A stretch of DNA of 64,000 nt. Source: Azolla caroliniana (lineage: Eukaryota > Plantae > Polypodiophyta). Within the stretch, counting starts at the first letter, position 1, and every line of letters begins with the position of its first letter. Positions 63,000 to 64,000 of this stretch are shown here, piece by piece. The translations under genes were made by a program, and so were the position numbers. The DNA lies in assembly GCA_043228905.1 (NCBI GenBank), contig JBHGNT010000013.1, positions 1,550,001-1,614,000 on the forward strand. Direction: 5' to 3'. The notes beneath the pieces were generated by a model. That model was not told where the DNA came from, made no database searches, and saw only the letters and a program-made list of their open reading frames with translations.

Positions 63000-64000
63000 A
63001 CACAAGGGGACGATAACACAAACACGAATGCTTGTACGTCTTTATGAGGAGGAGATGTGCATGGGCATGTCCGAACGCTCCCTCATCACAAGACGTCGAA
63101 CGTACAATGAAAGGGACGATAACAGAAACACAAATGCCCGTACGTCTTTATGAGGAGGAGAGGTGCATGGGCACGCCCGAATGCTCCCTTGTCACAAGAC
63201 GGCTGAACGTACAAGGAAGACACAAAACACACGCACAAATGCTCGTACGCCTTTATGAGGAGGAGAGGTGCATGGGCAATCCCGAATGCTCCCTCGTCAC
63301 AAGACGACCGAACGTACAAGGAAGACACAAACACACACACAAATGCTCGTACGTCTTTATGAGGAGGAGAGGTGCATGGGCATGCCCGAAACGCTCCCTC
63401 GTCACAAGACGCCCGAACGTACAAGGAAGACACAAACACATGCACAAATGCTCGTATGCCTTTATGAGGAGGAGAGGTGCATGGGCACGCCTGAAACACT
63501 CCCTCGTCACAAGACAACCGAACGCACAAGGGGACGATAACACAAACACAAATGCCCGTACGTCTTTATGAGGAGGAGAGGTGCATGGGCACGCCCGAAT
63601 GCTCCCTCGTCACAAGACGGCTGAACGTACAAGGAAGACACAAAACACACGCACAAATGCTCGTAAGCCTTTATGAGGAGGAGAGGTGCATGGGCAAGCC
63701 CGAATGCTCCCTCGTCACAAGACGACCGAACGTACAAGGAAGACACAAACACACACACAAATGCTCGTACGTCTTTATGAGGAGGAGAGGTGCATGGGCA
63801 CGCCCGAAACGCTCCCTCGTCACAAGACGCCCGAACGTATAAGGAAGACACACACACACACAAATGCTCGTACTCCTTTATGAGGAGGAGAGGTGCATGG
63901 GCACGCTCGAAACGCTCCCTCGTCACAAGATGTCGGAATATACAAGGAAGACACAAAACACACACACAAATGCTCGTACGCCTTTATGAGGAGGAGAGGT
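63000..64000. repeat. ~105-bp tandem minisatellite with a 418-bp (4-unit) higher-order period, running off the window
   Basis: Unit ..AAATGCTCGTACGCCTTTATGAGGAGGAGAGGTGCATGGGCACGCCCGAA..GTCACAAGACG.. Variant units recur at an offset of 418. Confidence 0.93.

Noticed and set aside
63032-63965. Repeat proteins encoded in the minisatellite
   Set aside because: Frames shift between units because monomer length varies, so there is no sign of coding constraint.

Overview
Eukaryotic, intron-containing land-plant DNA. The transposon lineages and gene structure suggest a non-seed plant such as a fern, but this is inference. Positions 1-28.7 kb are a nested transposon island. A chromovirus-type Ty3/gypsy host carries a Ty1/copia (itself hit by a gypsy LTR), a Tcn1-like chromodomain gypsy (whose 3' LTR holds an almost intact RTE-X-like LINE, itself interrupted by a 3'-truncated copia), and a tRNA-Trp-primed gypsy (carrying a full-length copia). 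The island ends in a hAT fragment. Two host genes follow: an 8-exon plastid SOUL/haem-binding protein gene (+, 28916-38794) and a 2-exon class A GATA factor (-, 41894-43833). After an AT-rich intergenic stretch with a hAT MITE come a probable solo LTR, a full-length tRNA-Trp-primed gypsy (-, 55997-62840) and a ~105-bp minisatellite with a 4-mer higher-order period. Main novel signals: (1) LINE ORF1 and ORF2 are in frame and separated by one UAG, ORF2 has no upstream AUG, and a 17-bp duplex can form between the sequence just after the UAG and the 3' UTR, suggesting virus-like long-range readthrough; (2) a conserved -1 frameshift site with a pseudoknot between gag-protease and RT in two Trp-primed gypsy elements; (3) antisense tRNA-like Pol III A/B-box cassettes in the LTRs of two unrelated gypsy families; (4) all three junctions of the Trp-primed group abut ACGN. 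All alignments were done by eye; no database searches were run.
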